64,000 bases of DNA from NCBI GenBank assembly GCA_965204045.1, contig CBDBDW010000002.1:2946610-3010609 (forward strand). Direction: 5' to 3'. The notes beneath the pieces are model-generated. The model made no database searches, was not told the origin of the DNA, and saw nothing but the letters and a program-made list of their open reading frames with translations. The DNA comes from Gammaproteobacteria bacterium (GTDB taxonomy: Bacteria > Pseudomonadota > Gammaproteobacteria > Eutrophobiales > Eutrophobiaceae). The number at the start of each line of letters is the position of its first letter. Within the stretch, counting starts at the first letter, position 1. This document shows positions 1 to 8,783 of the stretch, one piece after another. The translations under genes were made by a program, and so were the position numbers.

Positions 1-1065
1 TTCGATATCCGGATGTCCCGGGTGGTTACGGAGTATCAGGCCGAAATTCTGGAGGATGAACGGGGACGTCGAGTTATCGCCCCCTTCCCGGACCAGGTGA
101 AGGTCAAGACCCAGTATGCCTCCGGGGTCAAAATCCACTCGGTCTACATGTCCAACTTCCAACTCCTGCCCTACAAGCGGGTCGAGGAACACTTTGCCGA
201 CCAGTTCGGCATCTCCTTGAGCGCCGGTAGCGCTTGCAACTTTAACCAGGAGGTGTACGAGAAGCTGGCTCCCTTTGAGGACTGGGTAAAGCGGGCGCTA
301 TCGACGGCGCCGTTACTTCATGCTGACGAGACCGGCATCAACATCGGCGGAAAACGACAATGGCTACATGTCGTATGCAGCGCCACGCTGACCCTGCTGG
401 CGCCCCATGACAAGCGCGGCGGTGACGCCATGGCGGCGATGGACGTCCTTCCCGAGTACACCGGCACCCTGGTACATGACCACTGGAAGCCCTACTACCA
501 GCTTCCTTGTGACCATGCTTTGTGCAATGCTCACCACCTGCGAGAGTTGGAGCGTGCCTGGGAGCAGGATAAACAGCAGTGGGCCCAACAGCTGCAGGCC
601 CTGTTGCTGGAGATCAATAAGGCCGTTGATACGGCCGGCGGTGCGTTGAACACCAGGCAGGCTGACGCCTTCAGGGAACGATACCGACGACTACTGGAAG
701 TGGCACAGACCGAGTGCCCACCACCGGACGAGTCACAACGGCATAAGGGACAACGAGGTCGACTGAAACGATCCAAATCCAGAAGCCTGCTGGAACGGGT
801 GCTTCAGTTCGAGGAGGATGTCCTGCGCTTTATGGTGGAACAGGACGTACCCTTTACCAACAATCAAGGCGAACGGGACCTGCGCATGAGCAAAGTCCAG
901 CAGAAGATCTCCGGCTGCTTTCGTTCAGAGCTTGGGGCAAAAATCTTTGCCCGGATCCGCAGCTATCTCTCAACCTGCCGGAAAAATGGGGTATCATCTG
1001 ATGAGGCCTTGCGGCTTCTCTACGAGGGTCGATGGCCCAAGTTTATGGGGATAGCCCCTGAATAG
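1..1065 (+). CDS. IS66-family transposase (TnpC-like), C-terminal ~350 aa; 5' end lies outside the window
   Basis: Reading frame is open from base 1. Motifs HVVCSATL, LVHDHWKPY and CNAHHLRELE match the IS66 transposase catalytic region as recalled from memory. No N-terminal part is present in the window. Confidence 0.75.
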   Translation, partial: FDIRMSRVVTEYQAEILEDERGRRVIAPFPDQVKVKTQYASGVKIHSVYMSNFQLLPYKRVEEHFADQFGISLSAGSACNFNQEVYEKLAPFEDWVKRALSTAPLLHADETGINIGGKRQWLHVVCSATLTLLAPHDKRGGDAMAAMDVLPEYTGTLVHDHWKPYYQLPCDHALCNAHHLRELERAWEQDKQQWAQQLQALLLEINKAVDTAGGALNTRQADAFRERYRRLLEVAQTECPPPDESQRHKGQRGRLKRSKSRSLLERVLQFEEDVLRFMVEQDVPFTNNQGERDLRMSKVQQKISGCFRSELGAKIFARIRSYLSTCRKNGVSSDEALRLLYEGRWPKFMGIAPE

Positions 1066-1110
1066 TTACAAATAAATTATGAAAAACGAGAGTCACGTCG
1101 GATACAGTGA
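1..1110 (+). mobile_element. IS66-family insertion sequence, right-hand portion (partial). The right inverted repeat cannot be delimited without the left end.
   Basis: Transposase 3' end followed by an AT-rich tail of about 100 bp. The right boundary is approximate. Confidence 0.4.
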
Positions 1111-1222
1111 AACACCTGTCGGATAGAGTTTAAGATTTTAAGGGTGAAAATGTGATCTCAAACGTTCTGTCATAGACATATACAGTTATTTTGTTGAGCA
1201 ACAAGATCAGGAGAACTGAAAT

Positions 1223-2122
1223 ATGAGTAGACTCTGGAAAATACATTGCAAAGAAGATGAATACCCAGGAATGTGGCGACGCTGGTTCAGAAATCAGTGC
1301 GTTGCTGTTGGCTATTCGAGTGCCTTTGGCTTTACGCTGGACGGAAGAAGCATAGCAAGAGGCTGGTCCATAACTCGTAAAGCGATCAAGGCTATGGAAA
1401 TAGGCGATTATGTCGTGGTATCACTGCAAAATAAGCGGGTAGGCGGCATGGGACAAATTACAGGGAAGGCAATAGGCGATGACGAATGGAACCCCCTAGT
1501 ACCAGTAAGCAACGACTTAGAATATGGAGAAATGGGACGAAGGATTCTTGTGCGGTGGGAGCTGACGACAGGCCCTGAATCTCAGGATTTAATCATTCAA
1601 ATGCCCCATGACAGGAGCTTTCAGCCTCCTACCGAAGTAAGACCAACCATATCACAAATAACATCAATGACAGTCGATGACCTTCGCGAAATTATGAACG
1701 ATGAGAAAAACTGGGTCAGCCTGTCAGGAAAGTTCAACTCTGAAAAAGCGATTTCAGATTACATTGCGTACTATTCCCATCATCTTGAGGACGGTTTGCT
1801 CCCACATCCTAACAAGCAAGTAAGGGAACACGTTTTTGAGGACGGAACGCGTTCAGACGTTTTGCTTATTGATAATGCTGGAATACCTGTAATAGTTGAA
1901 TGTAAGCAGTATGCGCCCGGGATAAATGCTATACACCAATTACGACATTATATGGAACAACTACAGGTTGAGACGGAAGAAGAGGTCAGAGGTATTCTCG
2001 TTCATGGTGGCGCCCAAAAGATTTCAAAAGAAGTCATTGCAGAAGCTGGAAAAGAACCACAAGTTGAAATTGTGAGTTACAGCCTGAAAGTTGACTTCAG
2101 ACCATCATATCAAGTTTTATAA
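1223..2122 (+). CDS. PUA/EVE-like N-terminal domain fused to a C-terminal PD-(D/E)xK nuclease; candidate modification-dependent (type IV-like) restriction endonuclease
   Basis: N-terminal segment (LWKIHC...IKAMEIGDYVVVSLQNK) has the layout of EVE/PUA-like modified-base readers. C-terminal SDVLLIDNAGIPVIVECK is a clear D...(E)xK nuclease core. RBS ggagaa sits upstream of the ATG. Confidence 0.45.
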   Translation: MSRLWKIHCKEDEYPGMWRRWFRNQCVAVGYSSAFGFTLDGRSIARGWSITRKAIKAMEIGDYVVVSLQNKRVGGMGQITGKAIGDDEWNPLVPVSNDLEYGEMGRRILVRWELTTGPESQDLIIQMPHDRSFQPPTEVRPTISQITSMTVDDLREIMNDEKNWVSLSGKFNSEKAISDYIAYYSHHLEDGLLPHPNKQVREHVFEDGTRSDVLLIDNAGIPVIVECKQYAPGINAIHQLRHYMEQLQVETEEEVRGILVHGGAQKISKEVIAEAGKEPQVEIVSYSLKVDFRPSYQVL

Positions 2123-2160
2123 TATTCTACCCCTAACCTGGCCAAGCCAGAACCAAAACT

Positions 2161-2283
2161 CGTTCGTCATTCCCGCGCAGGCGGGAATCCAGTGGACCAC
2201 ACGTCCCGGAGGGACACTTTATAATGTGTCGCAAGCGACAAGTTAATCGACTGGATTCCTGCCTTCGCAGGAATGACGAACGA
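2161..2283. repeat. MITE-like palindromic element, copy 1 (about 122 bp; terminal inverted repeats cgttcgtcattcccgcgcaggcgggaatccag / ctggattcctgccttcgcaggaatgacgaacg)
   Basis: Imperfect 32-bp terminal inverted repeats were read directly. The same core recurs at 36.64 kb and 57.2 kb. Confidence 0.7.
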
Positions 2284-2395
2284 GATTCTTTGCCATTTTG
2301 CACAAGATTTTACTGATAAGGGACTAAGCTTATTTTCTCTGACCATTTCCCTATCGATGATATTTCGAATTCTGCCTGATTTTCACCAGTAAAAT

Positions 2396-3016
2396 TTAAT
2401 CTGTCCCACTCACTTCATCGCCGGGGATCATTTCCAGGGACTCGATATCCCGGGTATTCAGATATACCCCGCCCTGTTTCAGGTCGCGCCTGACTGCAAG
2501 ATCGGCATTCAGGAGATAGGCAGGCCGGAGGACAATTTCATGGTGTTCGGCTGCCGGGTCGAAAGAGTAGTTATCAAGCCAACCAAAGTAGTGAATGCCT
2601 TGTTTTGTGCGTACCAGGGTCCAGAGTTCGTTATCAGCAGCATAGTTTGCAACCACCGGCCAAATTACTTGAGAGTCTGGGTCGGGTATGAACGGAATTA
2701 ATCTACGTAACCTATAAAATCCTATGAGAAAGAAATACCAGACAAGCCCGCCGACGAGCAGGATCAATATCGTCTCAGGCTGTATAGGGGCGTCGTCCCT
2801 GGCCAGGTTGAAAAGGTAAAGGTCTTTGTAATCAAAGATCCATGAGGTACCTGCAAGACCCAAAAGAACTATAAAACTATGAATAATACTCCAGGCAACA
2901 CTCTCGAACTGAGACATGCGTTTGGCAGGATAGTGGACGCGGTAGAGTTGCATGGCGAGGAAACCCGGCGCCAGGTAGAGCAAGAGGCTAATGGCCTCAT
3001 TAAAGGGAAAACTCAC
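2396..3016 (-). CDS. hypothetical integral membrane protein
   Basis: 206-aa ORF with several hydrophobic helices. No recognisable catalytic motif. Confidence 0.45.
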   Translation of the reverse strand: MSFPFNEAISLLLYLAPGFLAMQLYRVHYPAKRMSQFESVAWSIIHSFIVLLGLAGTSWIFDYKDLYLFNLARDDAPIQPETILILLVGGLVWYFFLIGFYRLRRLIPFIPDPDSQVIWPVVANYAADNELWTLVRTKQGIHYFGWLDNYSFDPAAEHHEIVLRPAYLLNADLAVRRDLKQGGVYLNTRDIESLEMIPGDEVSGTD

Positions 3017-3408
3017 AGCAAATGATTATCCTGATATCAGGATATTACTTGTCAGTGCTGGTGACGTTGTCTGGATTACTGGTTTCATTCGACTGTGTCC
3101 GTGTCGGTGGTCCAGAATCGGGAACCCTTAACGCTGAGAACGGAGGTTTGGTTTTAGGAGCCGGGTTGAAATGGATGAATGATCTTGAAAAATCAACATT
3201 GCGCCGTTTTTTATTGCCGGACATAGTGTCACCTCCTGATACTTTCTACGTTGTGATCTGTTAAATTTTCCACGATGGATATTATTGCGCGTGGCTCCGG
3301 GCAACGTCAAGTAATTTTGAGTATCTGGTAACCAATTTATTGCTCTTGCTGGTATCATTATGTTATGAGACTATCCCAAGCACATGACAACTGAACAGGG
3401 GGAAAATC

Positions 3409-3645
3409 ATGAGCGAACCGCAATGTCCACAAAAGTATCCTTACGGGTTGGAGCTGGAGGCCGGCGTGTATTTCTGGTGCAAGTGCGGGGCTTCCGCCAA
3501 TCAGCCTTTTTGTGACGGATCCCATGCCGGCAGCGAATTTGCACCGGTTCGGTTTGAGGTGAAAGAAACGGAAACAATATGGCTGTGCGGTTGCAAGCGC
3601 AGCGGCAATTCGCACTTGTGTGACGGCAGCCATAAAAATCTCTGA
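3409..3645 (+). CDS. CDGSH-type iron-sulfur domain protein (two CDGSH motifs)
   Basis: Two copies of C-x-C-x(n)-CDGSH (CKCGAS..FCDGSH and CGCKRS..LCDGSH). RBS ggggga lies upstream. Confidence 0.85.
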   Translation: MSEPQCPQKYPYGLELEAGVYFWCKCGASANQPFCDGSHAGSEFAPVRFEVKETETIWLCGCKRSGNSHLCDGSHKNL

Positions 3646-3654
3646 GCCGGCAGG

Positions 3655-4863
3655 ATGGACAAAACCTTAGCCGACCAACGGGAACTGGCCGACAATCTCG
3701 TTAATCGGGCCAGGGCCGTGGCGTCTGATTTACGCGCCCGCGCAGCAGCTGCGGAGGAGCAACGGCGCATCCACGCGGAATCTTACCGCGCCATGAAAGA
3801 GGCCGACTTGTTCCGCGCCTATGTACCGGTGCGTTTCGGCGGGTATGAACTGCACCCGCGCTATTTCTGGCGTGTTGCCGCGGAAATTGCCAAGGGCTGT
3901 CCTTCATCAAGCTGGGTTTACAGCGTCATGTCCTGTCACACCTTCGTGACCGCATTGTTTCCCGAACAGGCCCAGGAAGAGGTGTTCGGGTCCGACCCCA
4001 ATGCCGGCATCAGCGGCATCCTGCCTGATCGGACCAGCGCAACCAGGACAGATGGCGGTTACGTATTAAAAAACAGTGTCTGGCCGTTTGGCTCAGGTTG
4101 CCACAACGCAGACTGGTTCCTGCTCGGTGCGCAACTGGACGGCATGCCTCCGGGACATGACAAGGCGTTTTTCCTGGTGCCCCCGGAAGACATACAGATC
4201 AAGGATGACTGGTATGTGACCGGCCTCAGGGCCACAGGAAGCAACAGCGTATCTTTGAAACAGGATGAATACTTTGTCCCCGGACACAGGATGCTGAAGG
4301 CGGAAACCGCCCTGGCGCACAAGTACGGCACTGCAAGGCCGTTGCTCTACCGGGCGCCGTTCGCGCCGTTACTGGTGATTTCATTAAGCGCCGGCACTAC
4401 CATGGGCGCCGCCACCGGGGCGCTGGAATTCTACGAAGACCTGCTGCAAACCCGGTCCGCCAGGCCGATGGTTTATACCGATGACATTCCCAAAATACAA
4501 CTGTCCTCAACCCACCACATTCTCGCTGAAGCCACGGCAAAACTTGAAACAGCCAGGCTGATGACGGACCATGCCCTGGACTTGTGTTATGAGGCTGCCG
4601 TTGATAATAGCAGGATATTAAGCACGGAACAGCGTGCACGTCTCAGGTTATACGGGGTACATGCCATGCACCTGTGCCGGGAAGTCGTGAATATCCTGTA
4701 CCAGGATTCCGGCGGTTCTTCCCTGCATGAGCGCAGCCTGATGCAGCGCTACTATCGTGATATCAACGCCATGTCCATGCACGAGGCCATGCACGAGGAG
4801 ATTATCAAGGAGGTGTACGGCCGGTTAAGAATGAACCAGACGACTACGCACTGGCTGCTTTAG
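3655..4863 (+). CDS. acyl-CoA-dehydrogenase-fold flavin-dependent monooxygenase (group D, HsaA/DszC-like oxygenase component)
   Basis: 402 aa with ACAD-like architecture but no acyl-CoA catalytic-base context. It sits beside CDGSH and Rieske genes. Confidence 0.55.
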   Translation: MDKTLADQRELADNLVNRARAVASDLRARAAAAEEQRRIHAESYRAMKEADLFRAYVPVRFGGYELHPRYFWRVAAEIAKGCPSSSWVYSVMSCHTFVTALFPEQAQEEVFGSDPNAGISGILPDRTSATRTDGGYVLKNSVWPFGSGCHNADWFLLGAQLDGMPPGHDKAFFLVPPEDIQIKDDWYVTGLRATGSNSVSLKQDEYFVPGHRMLKAETALAHKYGTARPLLYRAPFAPLLVISLSAGTTMGAATGALEFYEDLLQTRSARPMVYTDDIPKIQLSSTHHILAEATAKLETARLMTDHALDLCYEAAVDNSRILSTEQRARLRLYGVHAMHLCREVVNILYQDSGGSSLHERSLMQRYYRDINAMSMHEAMHEEIIKEVYGRLRMNQTTTHWLL

Positions 4864-6061
4864 TAGCGCGCTGTGCGCCGTAGGGCAGTTCCTGTATGCC
4901 CCTGTTGGTATTGGAACAGAGTATACGCCAGGCCGTGATCAGCACGTCAGGACCAAATAACCGCTCCCTGTGCCAGCCATCCTCGACGGAATAGAACTCA
5001 TCCATGGCCTCGCGGGCGAACATGTCCTCGTTATTGAATTTTTGCGGGACGAAATCGCGCCAGAGATATTTCATCTCATCAAAAAAACCTTTTTTTTCCT
5101 GTTCGGTCCTGACTTTTGAGCCCCAGCCAATCATGTACCTGTGGGTCCTTTCCGTGACCGGCACGTACCATTCGAAATGGACGATATGGGGCGCGGGGAA
5201 GGGATCCACGCGCAAAACACCCGGCATCCAGATTCCGACTTCCGGGATCATGCCCTGCATCACTCCCGGCTCATCGGGCAGGTATCGGGCGGATATGGTT
5301 CTGCCCGACGCCACCTCCACCTGCCACAGGGGCGTGCCCGCGCCCCGTATCAATCTCACGCCGCAGGGACCGTTGTTTTCTCGTTCCCCGTTGACCACCT
5401 CCATGCTCTGGTCTTCACCCAGCCCTGTATCGCCAAGCACCGTCGGCACCTTGAAGCCGCGCACCAGCGGGGAGTTCCGGTGCATATAGGCATGGGCCGG
5501 GTCAAAGCCGTTTTCTGCGCCAAGCCGCCAGTTACAGTTGACTTCCCCGGCCCAGCCCTCGGGATACATCACCAGGTCTTCATCCAGGAATCCGGGAGGA
5601 ACGTCGGCTTCAAGCGCTGAGGGTTCCCTGTCGCCGATGAATACGAATACCAGCCCCTGGGTTTCCTTAACCGGATAGGTCTTTATCCTGTGTCTGCCGA
5701 TAAGGGCGCTCTGCGGATCGGTGATGATATTGACGAGTTTGCCGCTCTTCAGGTCGTAAGTAAAACCGTGATACCAGCAGGTGAGCGTCTCCCGCGTATA
5801 ACATTCCGGTTTTTTCGACAGCGGCACTCCCTTGTGGATGCATTGATCATGTATCGCATATACCTGCCCGTCAATCCGGCGAAACAGGATCCTTTCCCCA
5901 AGGATGACCATGCAGCGGAAATGCTCCACGGGTTCACCGTTGCCGGAACTGGCGTCTGCTTCCTCGAGCTCATGGCTGAAGAAAGCAGGATACCAGTGGT
6001 TGCGAAAGCCAAGTCCGGCGTCGAGATAGTCCTGCCAGGCCGATGGCTTGTTACCGGACAT
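4844..6061 (-). CDS. Rieske [2Fe-2S] non-heme iron oxygenase, catalytic (alpha-type) subunit
   Basis: Rieske motif CIHKG...CWYHG. Mononuclear iron motif ENGFDPAHAYMH (E-x3-D-x2-H-x3-H). 405 aa and no adjacent beta subunit, so phthalate-family-like. Confidence 0.75.
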   Translation of the reverse strand: MSGNKPSAWQDYLDAGLGFRNHWYPAFFSHELEEADASSGNGEPVEHFRCMVILGERILFRRIDGQVYAIHDQCIHKGVPLSKKPECYTRETLTCWYHGFTYDLKSGKLVNIITDPQSALIGRHRIKTYPVKETQGLVFVFIGDREPSALEADVPPGFLDEDLVMYPEGWAGEVNCNWRLGAENGFDPAHAYMHRNSPLVRGFKVPTVLGDTGLGEDQSMEVVNGERENNGPCGVRLIRGAGTPLWQVEVASGRTISARYLPDEPGVMQGMIPEVGIWMPGVLRVDPFPAPHIVHFEWYVPVTERTHRYMIGWGSKVRTEQEKKGFFDEMKYLWRDFVPQKFNNEDMFAREAMDEFYSVEDGWHRERLFGPDVLITAWRILCSNTNRGIQELPYGAQRATKAASA

Positions 6062-6066
6062 GGGAC

Positions 6067-6783
6067 CTACGCAAGCGCCAGCAGTTCCCTGACGAACTGG
6101 TCCGTGGCGGATGCCATGGGCGCATGGTCCGCGGCAAAGGTAACGACCTTGTCACAAGGCATAGCCTGCATCATCATTCGCTGGTATTCGATGGGTATGG
6201 CCTTGTCTTCCAAAGCCTCGAAATAGACCCGGGGCACACGGCCGAAATTCTCCTCGCTCAGGCGCAACGGCGTGCCCAGGGGTTTGCGCGCCATGGGGCG
6301 CTGCAATCTTACGGCCTTGTCCACGGCTGCCTGCGGCGAGGTGTTGTAAATGATGCCGGCGATATGCTCTTTCCTGAAGGTAACCACGCCGTCCCCGGAT
6401 ACGTCACAATGGCTGATTACCGGCGACTGCACAGGCTGGTTGCTCCAGAAATGTTTGGGCGAACTTCCATCGGGCAACAGGAATGCTGCGACATAGACCA
6501 GCGCCTTGATGCTGTCGGGCCGGTACTCGGCGGCCTGTGATATGGATATCCCCCCAAGGCTGTGACCGGCCAGCACCACGGGCTCGCTGTGCCCCTCCAG
6601 GACTTCAATAACGCGATCGCAGTAACTGTCCAGGGTGATTTCCGATAAAGGAGTTTGATCATTTCCCTGGCTGGGCAGATCGGGCGTGATGACTTCATGC
6701 CCAGCCCGTTCAACAGGCTCCCGCACCGGGTCCCAGCTCCAGCCACCGGAAAATGCGCCGTGAATCAATACGAACGTGGTCAC
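6067..6783 (-). CDS. alpha/beta-hydrolase fold esterase
   Basis: Nucleophile elbow GHSLGG. N-terminal VLIHGAF is typical of methylesterase-like alpha/beta hydrolases. Confidence 0.7.
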   Translation of the reverse strand: MTTFVLIHGAFSGGWSWDPVREPVERAGHEVITPDLPSQGNDQTPLSEITLDSYCDRVIEVLEGHSEPVVLAGHSLGGISISQAAEYRPDSIKALVYVAAFLLPDGSSPKHFWSNQPVQSPVISHCDVSGDGVVTFRKEHIAGIIYNTSPQAAVDKAVRLQRPMARKPLGTPLRLSEENFGRVPRVYFEALEDKAIPIEYQRMMMQAMPCDKVVTFAADHAPMASATDQFVRELLALA

Positions 6784-6860
6784 TTGTTCCCCCCTGTTAT
6801 CGATAATCGTCCGGCCCGATTATAATACGCTGCAGGAAAATATGTCCCGGCATCGCCCCG

Positions 6861-7604
6861 TTAACGCCGTAAAAACGCGATCCAGCGGTAGAAATTCAGC
6901 AGGCTGGACAGGGATGCGGAAACATAGGTCAGCGCCGCCGCTGTCAGGATGCGGCGCGCCACGGGTTCTGCGCTGCGCGGCAGGTATTCCCCCTCAATCA
7001 ACAACGGCAGGGCGCGGTTGAAACTTGCGTCCCACTCTACAGGCAATGTCACCAGGTGAAATATAACCGGCAGCACCAGTATCAGGATGCCGGAACCAAG
7101 CATCAGCGCTCCTGTCAGGGGTGACTTGATCAATATGGTTACAAACGGGAAGCTCACCAGTATGATTGATGCCGTTTTTTCCGTATACGCGATATACTTG
7201 GCCAGTTTCCAGCGCAGGTAAAGAGGTTTGAAACCGAACTGGTGCTGCAGGGCATGGCCGACTTCATGTGCGGCAACCACCACCGAGGTCAGGGATTTGC
7301 GATCATATACGCCTGAAGACAGGCACACGGTCCTGTTTTCCGGATCGTAGTGATCGCCCCCGTGTTCCAGCGCCTCGACCTTGCAACCGGTCAGCTCCAG
7401 ATGTGCGACCAGGTGACGAGCGAGTTCTCCACCTGTTCCGGGCAATTCGTCCACTATGGCGTCATAGCGTTTGAAAACGTATTTCGTCCACAGGTGAGGA
7501 CCCAGGATTAACGCCAGCAATAAAATAAAACCTGCGATACCAATTAACATAATCAGAAACCGGGAATCCTTAATTCTTGACTGACAATGACTCCGGCACA
7601 ACAT
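6861..7604 (-). CDS. membrane-anchored zinc metallopeptidase (HExxH); true start may be the internal Met at about 7550
   Basis: N-terminal transmembrane helix, HEVGHALQH zinc-binding motif and C-terminal membrane helices. Confidence 0.6.
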   Translation of the reverse strand: MLCRSHCQSRIKDSRFLIMLIGIAGFILLLALILGPHLWTKYVFKRYDAIVDELPGTGGELARHLVAHLELTGCKVEALEHGGDHYDPENRTVCLSSGVYDRKSLTSVVVAAHEVGHALQHQFGFKPLYLRWKLAKYIAYTEKTASIILVSFPFVTILIKSPLTGALMLGSGILILVLPVIFHLVTLPVEWDASFNRALPLLIEGEYLPRSAEPVARRILTAAALTYVSASLSSLLNFYRWIAFLRR

Positions 7605-8681
7605 TACCAGTCTGATACAGACAAAGGCAGGATCATGCCTGATCCGGCCCAGGCCGTTGTCATCAACCAGGTCCAGTCATTATACGACGATCTGGTAAGC
7701 GCAGGATCGGACAACCGCATCAAGCGTTTATTCACGCGGCTGTCTTCAACCCGGAACAGGCAGATACCAGGTATGTATCTCTGGGGCAGCGTCGGTAGCG
7801 GCAAGACATATATCGTTGACATGTTATACGACTGCCTTCCTTTTGAGCACAAGCTGCGCGTGCATTTTCACCGCTACATGCAGTGGGTGCACGCAGAACT
7901 GAAACGGCTCTCCAATGTTGAAACACCTCTCAGGCTGGTTGCGGACAAGCTTGCCAGGAATACCACCGTAATCTGTTTCGATGAGTTTCACGTCTCCGAT
8001 ATTACCGATGCGATGCTGCTGAGCGGGCTGTTGAGCGAGCTGTTCAGACGCGGAGTAACCCTGGTCGCCACCTCCAACGAACATCCCGACAGGCTCTATC
8101 GGGGTGGTTTGCAACGGGAACGGTTTCTACCTGCAATTGAACTGATCAAACAGCATACCAGCGTGATCAATCTTGATACCGGTATCGATTATCGCTTGCG
8201 TTACCTGGACCAGGCCAGGACCTACCACCATCCCCTGGACGCCGACAGCCGGCAACGTCTGACTGAGAGTTTTGCACAAATCGCTTCGGAAACCGCCGAA
8301 GCGAATACTACCGTTGAATTGGAAGGCCGCGAACTGAAAGTAAAACGAATCGCTTCCGGCGTGGTCTGGTTTGATTTCATGGAGTTGTGTGACGGTCCCC
8401 GCGGCGTTGCCGATTACATTGAAATAGCCCGGCAGTTTCAAACGGTCTTCGTGGAGGGCATCCCGCAAATGGATGATATGGACAATGACAGGGCAAGGCG
8501 TTTTATTACCATGGTGGATGAATTTTATGACCGCAACGTCAAGCTGATTGTTTCGGCGATGGTCGCGGCACAGGGGCTTTACATCGGCAAGCGCCTGGCT
8601 CAGGAATACAGGCGCACCGCAAGCAGACTTACCGAAATGCAATCCCATGAATACCTGGGACGTGCGCATTTGCCGGACTGA
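7587..8681 (+). CDS. zapE: cell division protein ZapE (AFG1-family ATPase)
   Basis: Walker A GSVGSGKT. Overall AFG1/ZapE layout. An alternative start at 7635 is possible. Confidence 0.8.
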   Translation: MTPAQHYQSDTDKGRIMPDPAQAVVINQVQSLYDDLVSAGSDNRIKRLFTRLSSTRNRQIPGMYLWGSVGSGKTYIVDMLYDCLPFEHKLRVHFHRYMQWVHAELKRLSNVETPLRLVADKLARNTTVICFDEFHVSDITDAMLLSGLLSELFRRGVTLVATSNEHPDRLYRGGLQRERFLPAIELIKQHTSVINLDTGIDYRLRYLDQARTYHHPLDADSRQRLTESFAQIASETAEANTTVELEGRELKVKRIASGVVWFDFMELCDGPRGVADYIEIARQFQTVFVEGIPQMDDMDNDRARRFITMVDEFYDRNVKLIVSAMVAAQGLYIGKRLAQEYRRTASRLTEMQSHEYLGRAHLPD

Positions 8682-8694
8682 TAAAAGAACTGGT

Positions 8695-8719
8695 GGGGAC
8701 AGAATTTAATTCTGTCCCC
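8695..8719 (+). terminator. rho-independent terminator hairpin after zapE (ggggacagaa-tttaa-ttctgtcccc followed by ttt)
   Basis: Perfect 10-bp stem read directly, followed by a T-run. Confidence 0.55.
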
Positions 8720-8783
8720 TTTATGCTGTGCTATCATTCCACAATTTCAGGGGAACAATAACAAGATCGAGGAGGTGTCATCG

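Noticed and set aside
5004-6226. Three plus-strand ORFs (159-178 aa) over the Rieske gene
   Set aside because: Antisense to a gene with intact Rieske and mononuclear-iron motifs.
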